Shown: piece after piece, positions 12,580 to 26,348 of the stretch
How the letters are laid out: every line of letters begins with the position of its first letter
How positions within the stretch are numbered: position 1 is the stretch's first letter
Assembly (NCBI RefSeq): GCF_002113885.1
Contig: NW_018407210.1
Location: 874,776-938,775 of the forward strand
Direction: 5' to 3'
DNA length: 64,000 nucleotides
Source of the DNA: Mizuhopecten yessoensis
Lineage: Eukaryota
Notes under the pieces: generated by a model
Databases searched by the model: none
Told to the model about the DNA's origin: nothing
The model's input: the letters and a program-made list of their open reading frames with translations, nothing else
Translations under genes and position numbers: made by a program

Positions 12580-13014
12580 CATACCTGTGTATATCTGTAC
12601 CTGTGTATGTCTGTACCTGTGTACCTGTGTATATCTGTACCTGTGTACCTGTGTATATCTGTACATGTGTATATCTGTACCTGTGTACCTGTGTATATTT
12701 GTACCTGTGTATATCTGTACCTGTGTATATCTGTACCTGTGTACCTGTATATATCTGTACATGTGTATATCTGTACCTGAGTACCTGTGTATATTTGTAC
12801 CTGTGTATATCTGTACCTGTGTATATCTGTACCTGTGTATAACTGTACCTGTGTATATTTGTACCTGTGTATATCTGTACCTGTGTATATTTGTACCTGT
12901 GTATATCTGTACCTGTGTATATTTGTACCTGTGTATAACTGTACCTGTGTACCTGTGTATATCTGTACCTGTGTACCTGTGTATATCTGTACCTGTGTAT
13001 ATCTGTACCTGTGT
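12580..13014. repeat. Low-complexity array of 8-bp modules
   Basis: tgtacctg / tgtatatc modules. Confidence 0.9.
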
Positions 13015-13036
13015 AAGTTAATGTAGTGTGGTAATA

Positions 13037-13070
13037 ATGGAAGTAAAACCTCGCCGCCGTTCTAGAAAGG
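13037..13070 (+). CDS. SH3KBP1: Candidate alternative first coding exon (MEVKPRRRSRK+g) splicing to the SH3 exon
   Basis: ataATGG Kozak context, CpG-containing Arg codons, consensus donor g|gtaagt, phase 1 compatible with the 16014 acceptor. Confidence 0.55.
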
Positions 13071-13722
13071 GTAAGTACTCGTGTTAATGTTCTGTTGGTT
13101 TCAATGTTGACTATCAGTTATGGTTGATTTTGTGTTCTCCATTTTATCCCAGTATTCTAGCCTGTTTATGGTTTTCCACTCAGCTGTACGTGTATAAGGT
13201 ACAAATGGTTAATGTGGGACAAGAATTAAAAGATGGATCTTTAACAGAAATAAAATATTTCTAAAGCAAGCCATGATGTGTTATAACTACAGTGTATATA
13301 CATCATGTGAATCTTAAGCTGTTATACAGTTTGTCTTTTGGTTGGGAACATATTTGTATTGTCAGGATCATGTTGGGAATTTTGGGCTTTTTATTGTCAA
13401 CTTCCTTTTACCGAAATAACCCAAATTGATTACATTTAACAAATTTTAAGAAATGCTATGCTCATTGGTGTGGAAGTTACTGTCTGCTTAAGCTTAATGA
13501 CATACACAGGGAGAGATCAGCATGGTTTTGCTGAGTTGATATGGCTACAGGCAGAAGGGATTCTTAGTAGATGAGTGCCATGTGATCAATATTCTTAATT
13601 CATTATGAACCTTCACCCGGAAGGCTTATCACCCAACTTCTCTCTGATGTGTTATAGTGCTGATTTGTCTGGGGCTCCATACAAGGGGGCAGGGTTTTAT
13701 CTTATTCACATAGGATTTCTTA

Positions 13723-13761
<39 letters not shown>

Positions 13762-13979
13762 GCATCATCAACTTATATCCCCTATCTAAACAAACTTCCC
13801 TAGGATCTAGGTCAGTTTGTTTATCTAGGTACAATATCATCTTGTCATAAAATCCCTTAATTAATGTACATAAGGCTGTCAATTTAAATGTAGGTAAAAC
13901 TGACCAATTAGCATCAAAAGGCTGTCGATTTAAATGTAGGTAAAACTGACCAAATTAGCATCAAATTTAGTGCTTATAA

Positions 13980-15225
13980 GGCTGACCAAGGGTTATAAAG
14001 TTCAGTGTATGGGCTGACCAATCAGTATAAAGTTAAGTCTGTAGACTGACCAATCTGAATTAAGTTCAATGTGTGGGCTGACCAGTCAGTATAAAGTGAA
14101 GTGTGTGAGCTGACCAATCAGTATAAGTTAAGTCTTTAGACTGACCAATCAGTATAAAGTGAAGTATGTAGACTGACCAGTCAGTAAAGTGAAGTGTGTG
14201 GGCTGACCTGTCAGTATAAAGTGAAGTGTGTGGGCTGACCAGTCAGTATGGCTGGAGTACATAGCTGGACTACATGGCTGGAGTACATAGCCTGTCTACA
14301 TGGCTGGAGTACAAAGCCCGTCTATATGGCTGGAGTATATAGCTGGTCTTCATGGCTGGAGTACATAGCTGGTCTATATGGCTTGCTGGAGTACCTAGCT
14401 GGACTACATGGCTGGAGTACATAGCCCGTCTACATGGCTGGAGTACATAGCCTGTCTACATGGCTGGAGTACAAAGCCCGTCTACATGGCTGGAGTACAA
14501 AGCCCGTCTGTATGGCTGGAGTATATAGCTGGTCTTCATGGCTGGAGTACATAGATGGTCTATATGGCTTGCGGGAGTACCTAGCTGGACTACATGGCTG
14601 GAGTACATAGCCCATCTACATGGCTGAAGTACATACCCTGTCTACATGGCTGGAGTATATAGCCCGTCTACATGGCTGGAGTACATAGCTGGTCTACATG
14701 GCTGGAGTACATAGCCCGTCTACATGGCTGAAGTACATACCCTGTCTACATGGCTGGAGTATATAGCCCGTCTACATGGTTGGAGTATATAACTGGTCTA
14801 CATGGCTGGAGTACATACATAGGAGGGCAGTGAAGCTGTTTAAAGGACGTGTTTCACGCTCCCGTATACGTGCTGTACGTAACTGCGACAGCCTATCCGC
14901 ATCTAAGGAGCTGACCAACCTTAGGGCGTGAACTGGACGGGCAAGGTTATTTTGAATCTCCGAAGGCCCGGTAAGCAGGAGACTTGCCCCCTCAAGACGA
15001 CAGAACACAGGCTTTGCCCGTGAAAAGTAGTCTATAAACTCATCAACCAACCTTCAATCTTTATTTAAACCAACCGCTGGAGTACATAGCCTGTCTACAT
15101 GGCTGAAGTACATACCCTGTCTACATGGCCCGTCTACATGGCTGAAGTACATACCCTGTCTACATGGCTGGAGTACATAGCCCGTCCACATGGCTGGAGT
15201 ACATAGGCCATCTACATGGCTGGAT
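13980..15225. repeat. ~33-bp array followed by a 26-27-bp array
   Basis: gctgaccaatcagtataaagt...; catggctggagtacatagcctgtcta. Confidence 0.9.
14818..15075 (+). mobile_element. 5'-truncated retroposon (LINE 3' end or SINE fragment) inserted in a minisatellite
   Basis: 258-bp unique GC/CpG-richer insert flanked by 13-bp direct repeat gctggagtacata; ends in an aaccaacc tail. Confidence 0.55.
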
Positions 15226-16013
15226 TATATAATTATGTCTAGCGCTTAGTTGGCCCTGGGTATTGATCACACTGCAATCTCCAGATTACAGCAGTAACTT
15301 AATTGGTCCCCACACACTCCTACAAATACAGATGTCAACATGCAATGGTTTCAATATCCTGACCTCAGGATCATGAGTAATAGTCATACACTTCAGCCCA
15401 GATATATATGAAATAATTGTTCTGGAAATTGGTTAACATTTCTTGGAATGACCCTTATATTTGATGTACATCATATGTGATATTTATTTAACACTCTGTA
15501 GATACGTGTTCTATAATCACATTTGAATTTTGTTGTTGTAGCATCTTCACTTTGAATTTATTTTGTTTCACAAAATGGCCTTTTGTGATTTATTTTATTG
15601 CTAAAACATTCCATTACATTTGAGTTATTCGTTTTTGTTTGATTCGTATGATGAAGACTTTGTTTATTTTGTCTTAAGCTCTAACACTGTAAACATGTTT
15701 CAGAATCTTACCTTGGATCATTGGTGGAACATTTACCAAATTATTTAACATACATGTACATAAAACAAAGAATTGTACTAGTTGTTAAACCTAGCACTGT
15801 CACAGCTGTCTGTTCACACACAATCCTACAATACTGCTTTTCTTACATATTTGTATTTGTGCCAGTTTATATCAGAATACTGCCTACATCTTTATTTCAA
15901 CCTTGACAATTCCTCAACAGACATTAATGTCACATTATATAAAACAAAACAAAATGAATAAATTTTGATAACTTCTGTATGTTAGCTACACAGAGTTGTT
16001 TTCTTGGTTACAG

Positions 16014-16198
16014 TGGATAAAGCTGTGGTGCGTTATTCATACACGGCAGACAACGAAGACGAGCTGACCCTACAGGAAGGGGAGATCGTGACAATCCTAG
16101 ACAAGGAACTGGAAGACGCAGGATGGTGGAAGGGTGAGGTGAATGGTCGAGTGGGTGTGTTCCCCGACAACTTTGTGGAGGATTTACCATCAGAAGAG
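16014..16198 (+). CDS. SH3KBP1: SH3 domain exon (probably SH3C) of the CIN85/CD2AP-like adaptor
   Basis: AVVRYSYTADNEDELTLQEGEIVTILDKELEDAGWWKGEVNGRVGVFPDNFVE has the SH3 hallmarks (ELT, GWW, G.FP.NFV); ttacag| and gag|gtaagt. Confidence 0.95.
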
Positions 16199-16629
16199 GT
16201 AAGTTACTGACATTGTTTACTGCAATGGTGTCTTAGGGGGAGGGGAGAAGTGTGGGTACCTCCGGGACACTTGAAGCTTGTAAGGAACATGTTGACTGGG
16301 ATAGCTCATCTAAAACCAGCTAGAAGGATATACCATTATTGCCAGTAACAATGAGGAATGTCTTTCATACAAGTATTTGTAAGGAAAAGTATATAAGTAT
16401 AGATTTATATTAAAATCTTATTAAAGAAGAGTATCATTTAGATATGTTGACATACAAATCAACAAGACAAATAGACTTACATATTGATAATAATAAAAGC
16501 TTTTATTAACATGTTACACAGTTTTTACACAGTTAACACAAATTCGTAAAATCATGATACAACAATAAAAAGTGTCCAACCTCTAATTTGCTTAGGAGAC
16601 ACAACCATACATACATACATGAGTAAGTT

Positions 16630-18690
16630 ATAGAAGAGATTATCTTCTTGTAGCTACAAATATTAATTTTGCTATATGAGAACAATTTGAAAGGTCCTAG
16701 AGCTACGTAAGGGTCGTAGATAGGACTTATGATAGGTATACATTAAGGGTCTAGGCGTGGATACATAAGGGTTGTAGATGTGGCAAATACGGGTCATTGG
16801 GACTACATATGGGTCATAAGTGGGGCTACTTAAGGGTCATTTGGACTACACAAGGATCATGAGTGGGGCTACATAAGGGTCATCGGGACTACATAAGGAT
16901 CATGAGTGGGGCTACATAAGGGTCATTGGGACTACATAAGGATCATGAGTGGGGCTACATAAGGGTCATCGGGACTACATAATAGAAGAGATTATCTTCT
17001 TGTAGCTACAAATATTAATTTTGCTATATGAGAACAATTTGAAAGGTCCTAGAGCTACGTAAGGGTCGTAGGGAGGACTTATGGTAGGTATACATTAAGG
17101 TCCTAGAGCTACGTAGGGGTCGTAGATAGGATTTATGATAGATGTACATTGAGGTCCTAGAGCTACGTAAGGGTCGTAGGGAGGACTTATGGTAGGTATA
17201 CATTAAGGTCCTAGAGCTACGTAAGGGTCGTAGATAGGATTTATGATAGATATACATTGAGGTCCTAGAGCTACGTAAGGGTTGTAGATAGGACTTATGA
17301 TAGGTATACATTAAGGTCCTAGAGCTACGTACGGGTCCTAGATAGGACTTATGATAGGTATACATTAAGGGTCTAGGCGTGGATACATAAGGGTTGTAGA
17401 TGTGGCAAATACGGGTCATTGGGACTACATATGGGTCATAAGTGGGGCTACTTAAGGGTCATTTGGACTACACAAGGATCATGAGTGGGGCTACATAAGG
17501 GTCATGAGTGGGGCTACATAAGGGCCATTTGGACTACACAAGGGTCATGAGTGGGGCTACATAATGGTCATTTGGACTACACAAGGATTATGAGATGGTC
17601 TACATAAGGGTCATCAGGACTACACAAGGATCATGAGTGGGGCTACATAAGGGTCATCAGGACTACACAAGGATCATGAGTGGGGCACCATAAGGGCCAT
17701 TTGGACTACACAAGGATCATGAGTGGGGCTACATAATGGTCATTTGGACTACACAAGGATCATGAGTGGGTCTACATAAGGGTCATCAGGACTACACAAG
17801 GATCATGAGTGGGGCTACATAAGAGTCAGGAGTGGGGCTACATAATGGTCATTTGGACTACACAAGGATCATAAGTGGGGCTACATGACGGTCATCGGGA
17901 CTACACAAGGATCATGAGTGGGGCTACATAAGGGTCATCGGGACAACACAAGGATCATGAGTGGGGCTACATAAGGGTCATTGGGACTACATAAGGATCA
18001 TGAGTGGGGCTACATAAGGGTCATCGGGACTACACAAGGATCATGAGTGGGGCTACATAAGGGTCATCGGGACTACATAAGGATCATAATTGGGACTACA
18101 TGAGGGTCATCGGGACTACACAAGGATCATGAGTGGGGCTACATAAGGGTCATTGGGACTACATAAGGATCATGAGTGGGGCTACATAAGGGTCATTGGC
18201 ACAACACAAGGATCATGAGTGGGGCTACATAAGGGTCATTGGGATTACATAAGGATCATGAGTGGGGCTACATAAGGGTCATCTGGACTACACAAGGATC
18301 ATGAGTGGGGCTACATAAGAGTCATCGGGAATACATAAGGATCATGAGTGGGGCTACATTAAGGGTCATGAGTGGGGCTACATAAGGGTCATTGGGACAA
18401 CACAAGGATCATGAGTGGGGCTACATAAGGGTCATTGGTACTACATAAGGATCATGAATGGGGCTACATAAGGGTCATCGGGACAACACAAGGGTCGTGA
18501 GTGGGGCTAGATAAGGGTCATCGGGACAACACAAGGGTCATGAGTGGGGCTACATAAGGGTCATCGGGACAACACAAGGATCATGAGTGGGGCTTCATAA
18601 GGGTCATCGGGACAACACAAGGATCATGAGTGGGGCTACATAAGGGTCATCGGGACAACACAAGGGTCGTGAGTGGGACGACATAAGGGA
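16630..18690. repeat. Compound block: ~350-bp duplication, 54-bp array (6 copies) and 43-bp array
   Basis: atagaagagattatc... at 16630 and 16982; ggtcctagagctacgtaagg...; ggatcatgagtggggctacataagggtcatcgggactacacaa. Confidence 0.9.
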
Positions 18691-19849
18691 TGGTCGTGAA
18701 ATGTAGTAGGTGATTGTGAGGAGAACATTCCATTTTGATGCTTATCGTTTTGTTTTTTTAACTGTAACATTGATGGCTTGATGCATTTCCTACTGATAGT
18801 ATATATTTATACACAACACCTTCCAAGTACTGCCTGCACCTACAACCTGCTTCATTTACCCTGTCAAATTTATATAATCCTCCCCTCTGGCTTTAGCAAG
18901 CTCTGCTGGTTACTCTCAGTGATAGTTGATTCACATTTCATCATTCATGTATTTAAAAGTTAAAAAGGAAATGAAAATAACTAGTTTACATAATGTAAAA
19001 TAATTCTTCTTAATGAAAATTGTACTAGTTTATTTAATGTTAAATTATTTTGAATAACATGACTTTAATTAACTCCCATGTTGGATTATGTCAGGCATGA
19101 GATCGAACTGTACACATAAAACTTGCCGAAAACATCATGTTATTATAATTACTGCCTATAAATTGTTGGCATGTTTGTGATGAGGGATTGGACATATAGA
19201 GAGAGAGTCCAGCCTGCCTGAGAAACCACCTGTATTAGGGAACTGCTTTGGAACTCGCCATCACCTCTATTTTCTATTGAACCGGTATAAGTTGCTGAGG
19301 GTAGTCTCTGAACACAAGTTTGACTGTATATCACAGACAGATATGTCTGTTCACCTTCAATTCATGTCACTGTGCATAACAATATAAATTAAAAAGGATA
19401 TATATAAGTTTTGAGTTGAGAAAGTCACTGCCTTCATTCATTTACACTTGTTTGTATATTGATGATATGTGTCTCCTTATTTGTAACATGAAGAATGGCC
19501 TTTGAGGAGAAATTACAATGAGACATATCTAATTTCTCTATAAATTTGTGGCATGTATTAACCAAAACTGTAACCTTAATTTCAACATGTTAACAATCAA
19601 TGTAATAACCTCTCACCCCTGTTTCTGCTGTGGACTGGCCTGATTATTAGACAGGAGTGTCTATTGAGGCTGTTAAGGGTGAGAGGGCAATATCTATACT
19701 TTTTGTGATTGGTTATTTCAGTCTGAGAGCATCTCAAAGCCATCTTCAGTGCATCACAACAATTTGCCTCCACAAGTATGTTTTTTGTTTGTCTTTTGTC
19801 ACACAACTTAACCCCCCCCGTCTGACCTCATCATGTGACATCACATATC

Positions 19850-20597
19850 ACCCTAACCTCGCCACAATGTCACATGCACTCACTGACCTCCGCACAATGT
19901 CACATGCACTCACTGACCTCAACACAATGTCACATGCACTCACTGACCTCAACACAATGTCACATGCACTCACTGACCTCCGCACAATGTCAAATGTTCT
20001 CACTGACCTCAACACAATGTCACATGTTATCACTGCCCTCAACACAATGTCACATGTTCTCACTGACCTCAACACAATGTCACGTTATCACTGACCTCAA
20101 TTCAATGTCACACTACCTGAACTAAAAACAATGTCACATGCACACACTGACCGCAATACACCATCATATGCACTCATTGACCTCAATATACCATCACATC
20201 CACTCACTGACTTCAACACAATGTCACATGCACTCACTGACCTCATTACAATGTCACATTAACTAACCTTAGAACAATGTCACATGTTCTCACTGACTAC
20301 ACCTTAAGGTTACTTGTACCTTCTAACCGAGGAACAGGACTAGATACCCTCACTGACAACACCTCAAGGTTACTTGAACCTTCTAACCAAAGCACAGGAC
20401 TAGATACCCTCACTGACTACACCTCAAGGTTACTTGTACCTTCTGTCCAAAGCACAGGACTAGATACCCTCACTGACTACACCTCAAGGTTACTTGTACC
20501 TTCTGTCCAAAGCACAGGACTAGATACCCTCACTGACTACGCCTCAAGGTTACTTGTACCTTCTAACCAAAGCACAGGACTAGATACCCTCACTGAC
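19850..20597. repeat. 30-bp array grading into a 60-bp array
   Basis: cactgacctcaacacaatgtcacatgcact, then cactgactacacctcaaggttacttgtacc... Confidence 0.9.
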
Positions 20598-20934
20598 CCT
20601 AGCATAAGGTTTAATGCATTTCAGTGTGCTGACCTTTGGTCACATTTGATCACAGAACATATGTGCCTAGTAATGAGTACAATTACATACCTTAGAAAAG
20701 AAGATTATGATTTTCACAGGTAAAATATATAGACTTATTCTGGCCTCATCACAGGTACACTGTTAAGTCTTCCATTGATACTATAAAGGGGGCAGGGGGA
20801 ATCTGCCAGTCCATCATTTTGTCTGGGGCATATCCCATATCAAGTTCAAGTTCTTTATTACTTTAAGTCGGTTGACTTATCAGTCATAACATATATACAA
20901 AACAATACAGAGACAACATACAATATGATACACA

Positions 20935-20979
<45 letters not shown>

Positions 20980-23129
20980 AATTCAACTTTTATTCCTTAA
21001 GTTTGACAACTTATTGGATAACTATACTTTACAATAAATTACAAATGATATATACGTATATGTATTGTGCAGTCAACACTCATTATCACTCCCACATCAT
21101 TATTGTGCATTCAACAATTATTAACGCTCTCACATCATCATGTACTCTGTCCCCTATGTAATACAATAACCAGATGTCCTTTGTCTGTACCTACCAACAC
21201 TGTATCTTAGCCTGGTGCGCATCTTCATCCTGTTCTGTCACTCTTGTATGTGTTAATCAGATAAAATAACCCAATATGTATACTGTCACATGCAACTGAC
21301 AAAGTAGAAAATGTTGCTGAAATTTGTTTCTTACCTTAATCCTGTTTTACTAAGGTTTATCCAGTTCCATCCATAAGAATACTTCACATAGCATAAGTTA
21401 TATCTACAATTACCACACGACACACACCCAGCAACAGTTACCACATGTCAGCATTTTAACATTTAATTTGAAACATTTGACAATAATTATGTGAATGTCA
21501 CGGATGGGAAGTAGTTTAATATAATATCCTGATGACGTTTAGTCATGCTTTCTTCCTTCTTCATACCCTTCTCTCCCCTATACGGACATTATAAACTGAA
21601 CCATTGGTTAGAGGGACAATGTTATTAGTCATGTGGAGGGTGATGGAGGTCTGTCCAAAGTCCCTGTCCTCCCTATAGATATAAAAACCAATGACAGTGT
21701 AATATATATACTTGTGTGAAGTGTATAGAGGATGTTACTCCGAGGGTTATCCCCATGAACACCATTCAGAACTACTGTAAACAACCATGTGCACTAACTC
21801 TGACACATGGAAGTCAATATGGTTTTGAATTACAAAGATTCACCTTTCATATAAACTTCATGAATCTCAGCTGTTCGTGACCTTTTTTTCAGTTTATTAT
21901 TTCCAATACCACACATTGACCTTCCACTCCTGGTCTTTATATATATCCCTGTTTAGTGTCAAGTTCTCCAGTATTAGCATCCTCATTCCCAGGTGAAAGC
22001 CCCACTTAAGCTGTGTATGTATTTAGATAAGTGTTAGTGCCGTTTTTACACTAAGTACGTATTTAGTAGGCGTTGTTGTGATCTCCACCTGGGATTTTGA
22101 GATGGGTATCGTTGGATGTTGTGTTTTATGCCGTATTGCATGAGGTACCCTATATGGCCAAGTTCGATCACCAACTTCAGTTATTCTGGTCTAGCTAGAA
22201 TATGTTTGAACTCACTTTGGTAAAATGTAATGTGCATGTGTAAAGAAACACGTTTGCATTTTTAAACGACTATGGTATAACATGGTTTGCTTTGGTCAGA
22301 CCAAAACAGCTAGTCATCATCTGTACCTATGTAATTATTTGGTTATTTTTTTTATAAGCATTTGTTGTTGCATTAGATGTAGCAGACCGCCCATGGTAAA
22401 TGGTTGGTGATCAAGCTCGGCCTAATCACTGCATTAGATATGACGCCGACCATAGTAAATGGTTGGTGTTCAAGCCTGGCGTGTATCAATGCCTTGATGT
22501 CTTTAGGTTGCTGCATGTTGTAGAAGGCAACTGTTTGTATATTAGAATTGTCTATTTTATTATCAGTTTTATTTGTTTTAAGTTATCACATCTTTAAGAT
22601 TTGTTTATTATGTATAATGATAATGATGATAAGAAATTTAGAACTGACATCCAAATATGCATGGGCATTGGGTAGTTTACCTGCCAAGTTCAAGTTAAAC
22701 ACTATAGATCAACACTGTTTATTCCTGACACCACTCACAAGGTACTGACCATAATGGTCAATCCAGAAGAAAGACAAAATCTATGGTACGGAGATAACAA
22801 TGAGAAGGTATAATTTGGTGAAGACCAGGAAGTGATGATCATCTGTTATTAATTCCATCAGGGTTGTTGTATTAGTTGTGAAGCCGTTGTTGTTTTCGTG
22901 CACTCCTTCTGGTTCTTTGTCGTTTTCTGTGCTGTACAAGTAACATCTACAGCTTCTAATAGCTGGTTATTTTGAATACTAAGGATACAAAATACTCCAT
23001 TCAACTGTTAAAGGTGGAAAGGTCATCGTCCTCCCAAATTGACATTATTTTCTGGTGAAAAGTTTATCACCACAAACAAAAATCTGTTATAAACATTATA
23101 CCAAGGTAGACTTTAAACTAGCTACACAA

Positions 23130-23450
23130 TGCTGTATTATTTCTGGAGAGAGAACCGTGTAAGATAGACTTAACTGGCTACACAACACTATTGCTATTTC
23201 TGGGGAGAGAACCGTGTAAGATAGACTTAACTGGCGACACAACACTATTGTTATTTCTGGGGAGAGAACCGTGTAAGATAGACTTAACTGGCTACACAAC
23301 ACTATTGTTATTTCTTGGGAGAGAACCGTGTAAGATAGACTTAACTGGCGACACAACACGATTGTTATTTCTGGGGAGAGAACAGTGTAAGATAGACTTT
23401 TAACTGGCTACAGAACATTGTATTTTTTTCTGGGGAGAGAACATTGTAAG
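23130..23450. repeat. 57-bp minisatellite
   Basis: tttctggggagagaaccgtgtaagatagacttaactggc... Confidence 0.9.
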
Positions 23451-25366
23451 GTTTTACTGTATACTGGGAACCTTTCACCCAGTCAAATATTAGCCCTCCA
23501 CTGGTGAATCAGTATTTGCTCAATGTCAATTATGCTCTCCACACGTAATTGCTATATATGTGGTATGTTGGGTACTAATATTCGTTATTATGATAAATGT
23601 GCCCTCATTACAGATGTCGAAAAAAAGCGGGCGGAAAATAGTGGCAAAAAACTCAGTACTTCCTTATTTTTATCTGATTTCACTCGTAAGCCAGCTAACA
23701 TCCGTCCTATGTAGTTGTGTATGTGTATCCGACTGATTACTTGGTCACAGAATGATTGCCCTTTTTTGTACCTCCTGACAACCAGTCCTCCCTTGTTCCA
23801 TTTCTATGAAACTTGGTAACAGTTAATTACCATCCTCTGTCTTTCAACAACACTGTTCCAATAAATGAAAGAGGGTGCACATGATGTATAGAAGGAAAAA
23901 GGTGGGTATTTAACCTTTGACTAACAGTTCCAGTATTGTTTCAGTCAGAAGGTGCACACATGATGTCTCAAGGATGTGTCCTGCATCAGTCTGCCCTACA
24001 TATAACTGCCATGTAAGACGGTGTACCAGCTAATTGCTCCGGGCTAATTGTGGCTAGAGGACACACATGTATACATTTTGTAGCTGTATTTAGGGGGAGT
24101 GACAACAGTCCGTCGCCTGACTTTATCACTTTCCCAGTATCTGGACAGAATGATATGTGTTACTGACAATGGTTCAGATTGTTCCTGGTCAGGATGTGAT
24201 AGAAGGATTAGAAGTTCATAAGGATTAAAGGTCTAAAGGTCCACTGTTGATTTGTGTATGACAGGAGGTGATCGTAGAAGTTACAAGTCCACTGTTTGAG
24301 TTGTGGGGTGTGTTTCTGACAGAGACAGGATACGTCTTGCGTGTGGTACATCAGATTACTAGAGGAGGTTCACTACAACAGGAGATTCATTCAATTGTGA
24401 TGAAGTTCTAAAACATCTGATTTACAACTATAACCCACAGCAAAACTTGTTTGAAGATCTGTTGTTTTTTTTCTCTCAGTAAAGTTCAGCACTTTCAGAA
24501 AATCTACAAAGTTGATGTGGAGGTTTGGAGACATGGACTAAGTTTCAGTGTATAGAACTGTGAGAAAAGCCCAATATGGAAAAGTGTGGAGAAAACGCGT
24601 CCAGTTATGACTGTATGATCAGTTATTACTGTAGTCATACTGTCAGGGAATAGGAATCCGTTCAACAAGAGACAGAGATCAGTGAACCTCTGATATAAGG
24701 GTATAAGGATAGAAATTATTCTATTACCATATCTGGAGCCAGCCTGAATTAGCATTGCTGGGGGCCTTGTGGAAGGAGTCTTGTGTGAGACACTGGAATG
24801 TATAGGAACTGTGTCGAATATCTTCTCCATACTACGCAACACGATAGTCTGGATACAAATTTTGTAAACCTGACAGTTTGTCAGATGTTCTATGTGACTT
24901 TGTACAAGTGTTCATTGTGATTTAATGTCATACAGACACCAGAAAGTTATGTATCAGTGAAAGACTGTTGTCCATCACTTGAGTGCTGTCTGATAGATCG
25001 CCATGTCTTCTGGTGAAGAATCCAGTCCAACACCATCCCGACCGGTCGTACCTCCTTACTTCCTCTTTCACCCTATACCCAGTTCTCTTTTACATCGTTT
25101 AGATTAACCAAACTGGCACCATATTAATGCTTGTAATAAATCGGTTTTATACTTATATTTAAAAAAAAATTCTCCTAAATGTTTGGAATAAATCGACATA
25201 AACTGGGTAAAAAGTAGATAAGGTCATGCTAGGGCTTTGTCCCCTGACACATAATGTCATGGGGAATTTCTCCTGCTTTAAGGTATTAAAAAAAAACACC
25301 AGATGACGTGATATTGGGTTATACACATGTCCTGTTTTTGGTAGAGTACATACTACATGTCTACAA

Positions 25367-26348
25367 GGTATATAAGTGTAGTGACTGTAGACCAGGAGGT
25401 CTGCCTGGTGAGATATCCGTGTTTGTACTGTACCCTCCCCAGGTATATAAGTTTATTGACTGTAGACTAGGAGGTCTGGCTGGTGAGATATCCGTGTTTG
25501 TACTGTACCCTCCCCAGGTATATAAGTTTATTGACTGTAGACTAGGAGGTCTGTCTGGTGAGATATCTGTGTATGTCCTGTACTCTCCCCAGGTATATAA
25601 GTTAAGTGACTGTAGACCAGGAGGTCTGTCTGGTGAGATATCCGTGTTTGTACACTCCCCAGGTATATAAGTTTAGTGACTGTAGACTAGGAGGTCTGTC
25701 TGGTGAGATATCCGTGTTTGTACGGACACTCCCCAGGTATATAAGTTAAGTGACTGTAGACCAGGAGGTCTGTCTGGTGAGATATCTGTGTTTGTACTGT
25801 ACGGACACTCCCCAGGTAAATAAGTGTAGTGACTGTAGACCAGGAGGTCTGTCTGGTGAGATATCTGTGTATGTCCTGTACACTCCCCAGGTATATAAGT
25901 TTAGTGACTGTAGACCAGGAGGTCTGTCTGGTGAGATATCCGTGTTTGTACGGACACTCCCCAGGTATATAAGTTTAGTGACGGTAGACCAGGAGGTCTT
26001 TCTGGTGAGATATCCGTGTTTGTACTGTACGGACACTCCCCAGGTATATAAGTTTAGTGACTGTAGACCAGGAGGTCTGCCTGTTGAGATATCTGTGTAT
26101 GTCCTGTACACTCCCCAGGGATATAAGTTTAGTGACTGTGGACCAGGAGGTCTGTCTGGTTAGATATCCGTGTTTGTACTGTACAATCCCCAGATATATA
26201 AGTTTAGTGACGGTAGACCAGGAGGTCTGTTTGGTGAGATATCCATGTTTGTACTGTATACTCCCCAGGTATATAAGGTTAGTGACTGTAGACCAGGAGG
26301 TCTGTCTGGTGAGATATCCGTGGTTGTACTGTATGGACACTCCCCAGG
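25367..26348. repeat. ~70-80-bp minisatellite
   Basis: ccccaggtatataagtttagtgactgtagaccaggaggtctgtctggtgagatatccgtgtttgtac. Confidence 0.9.
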
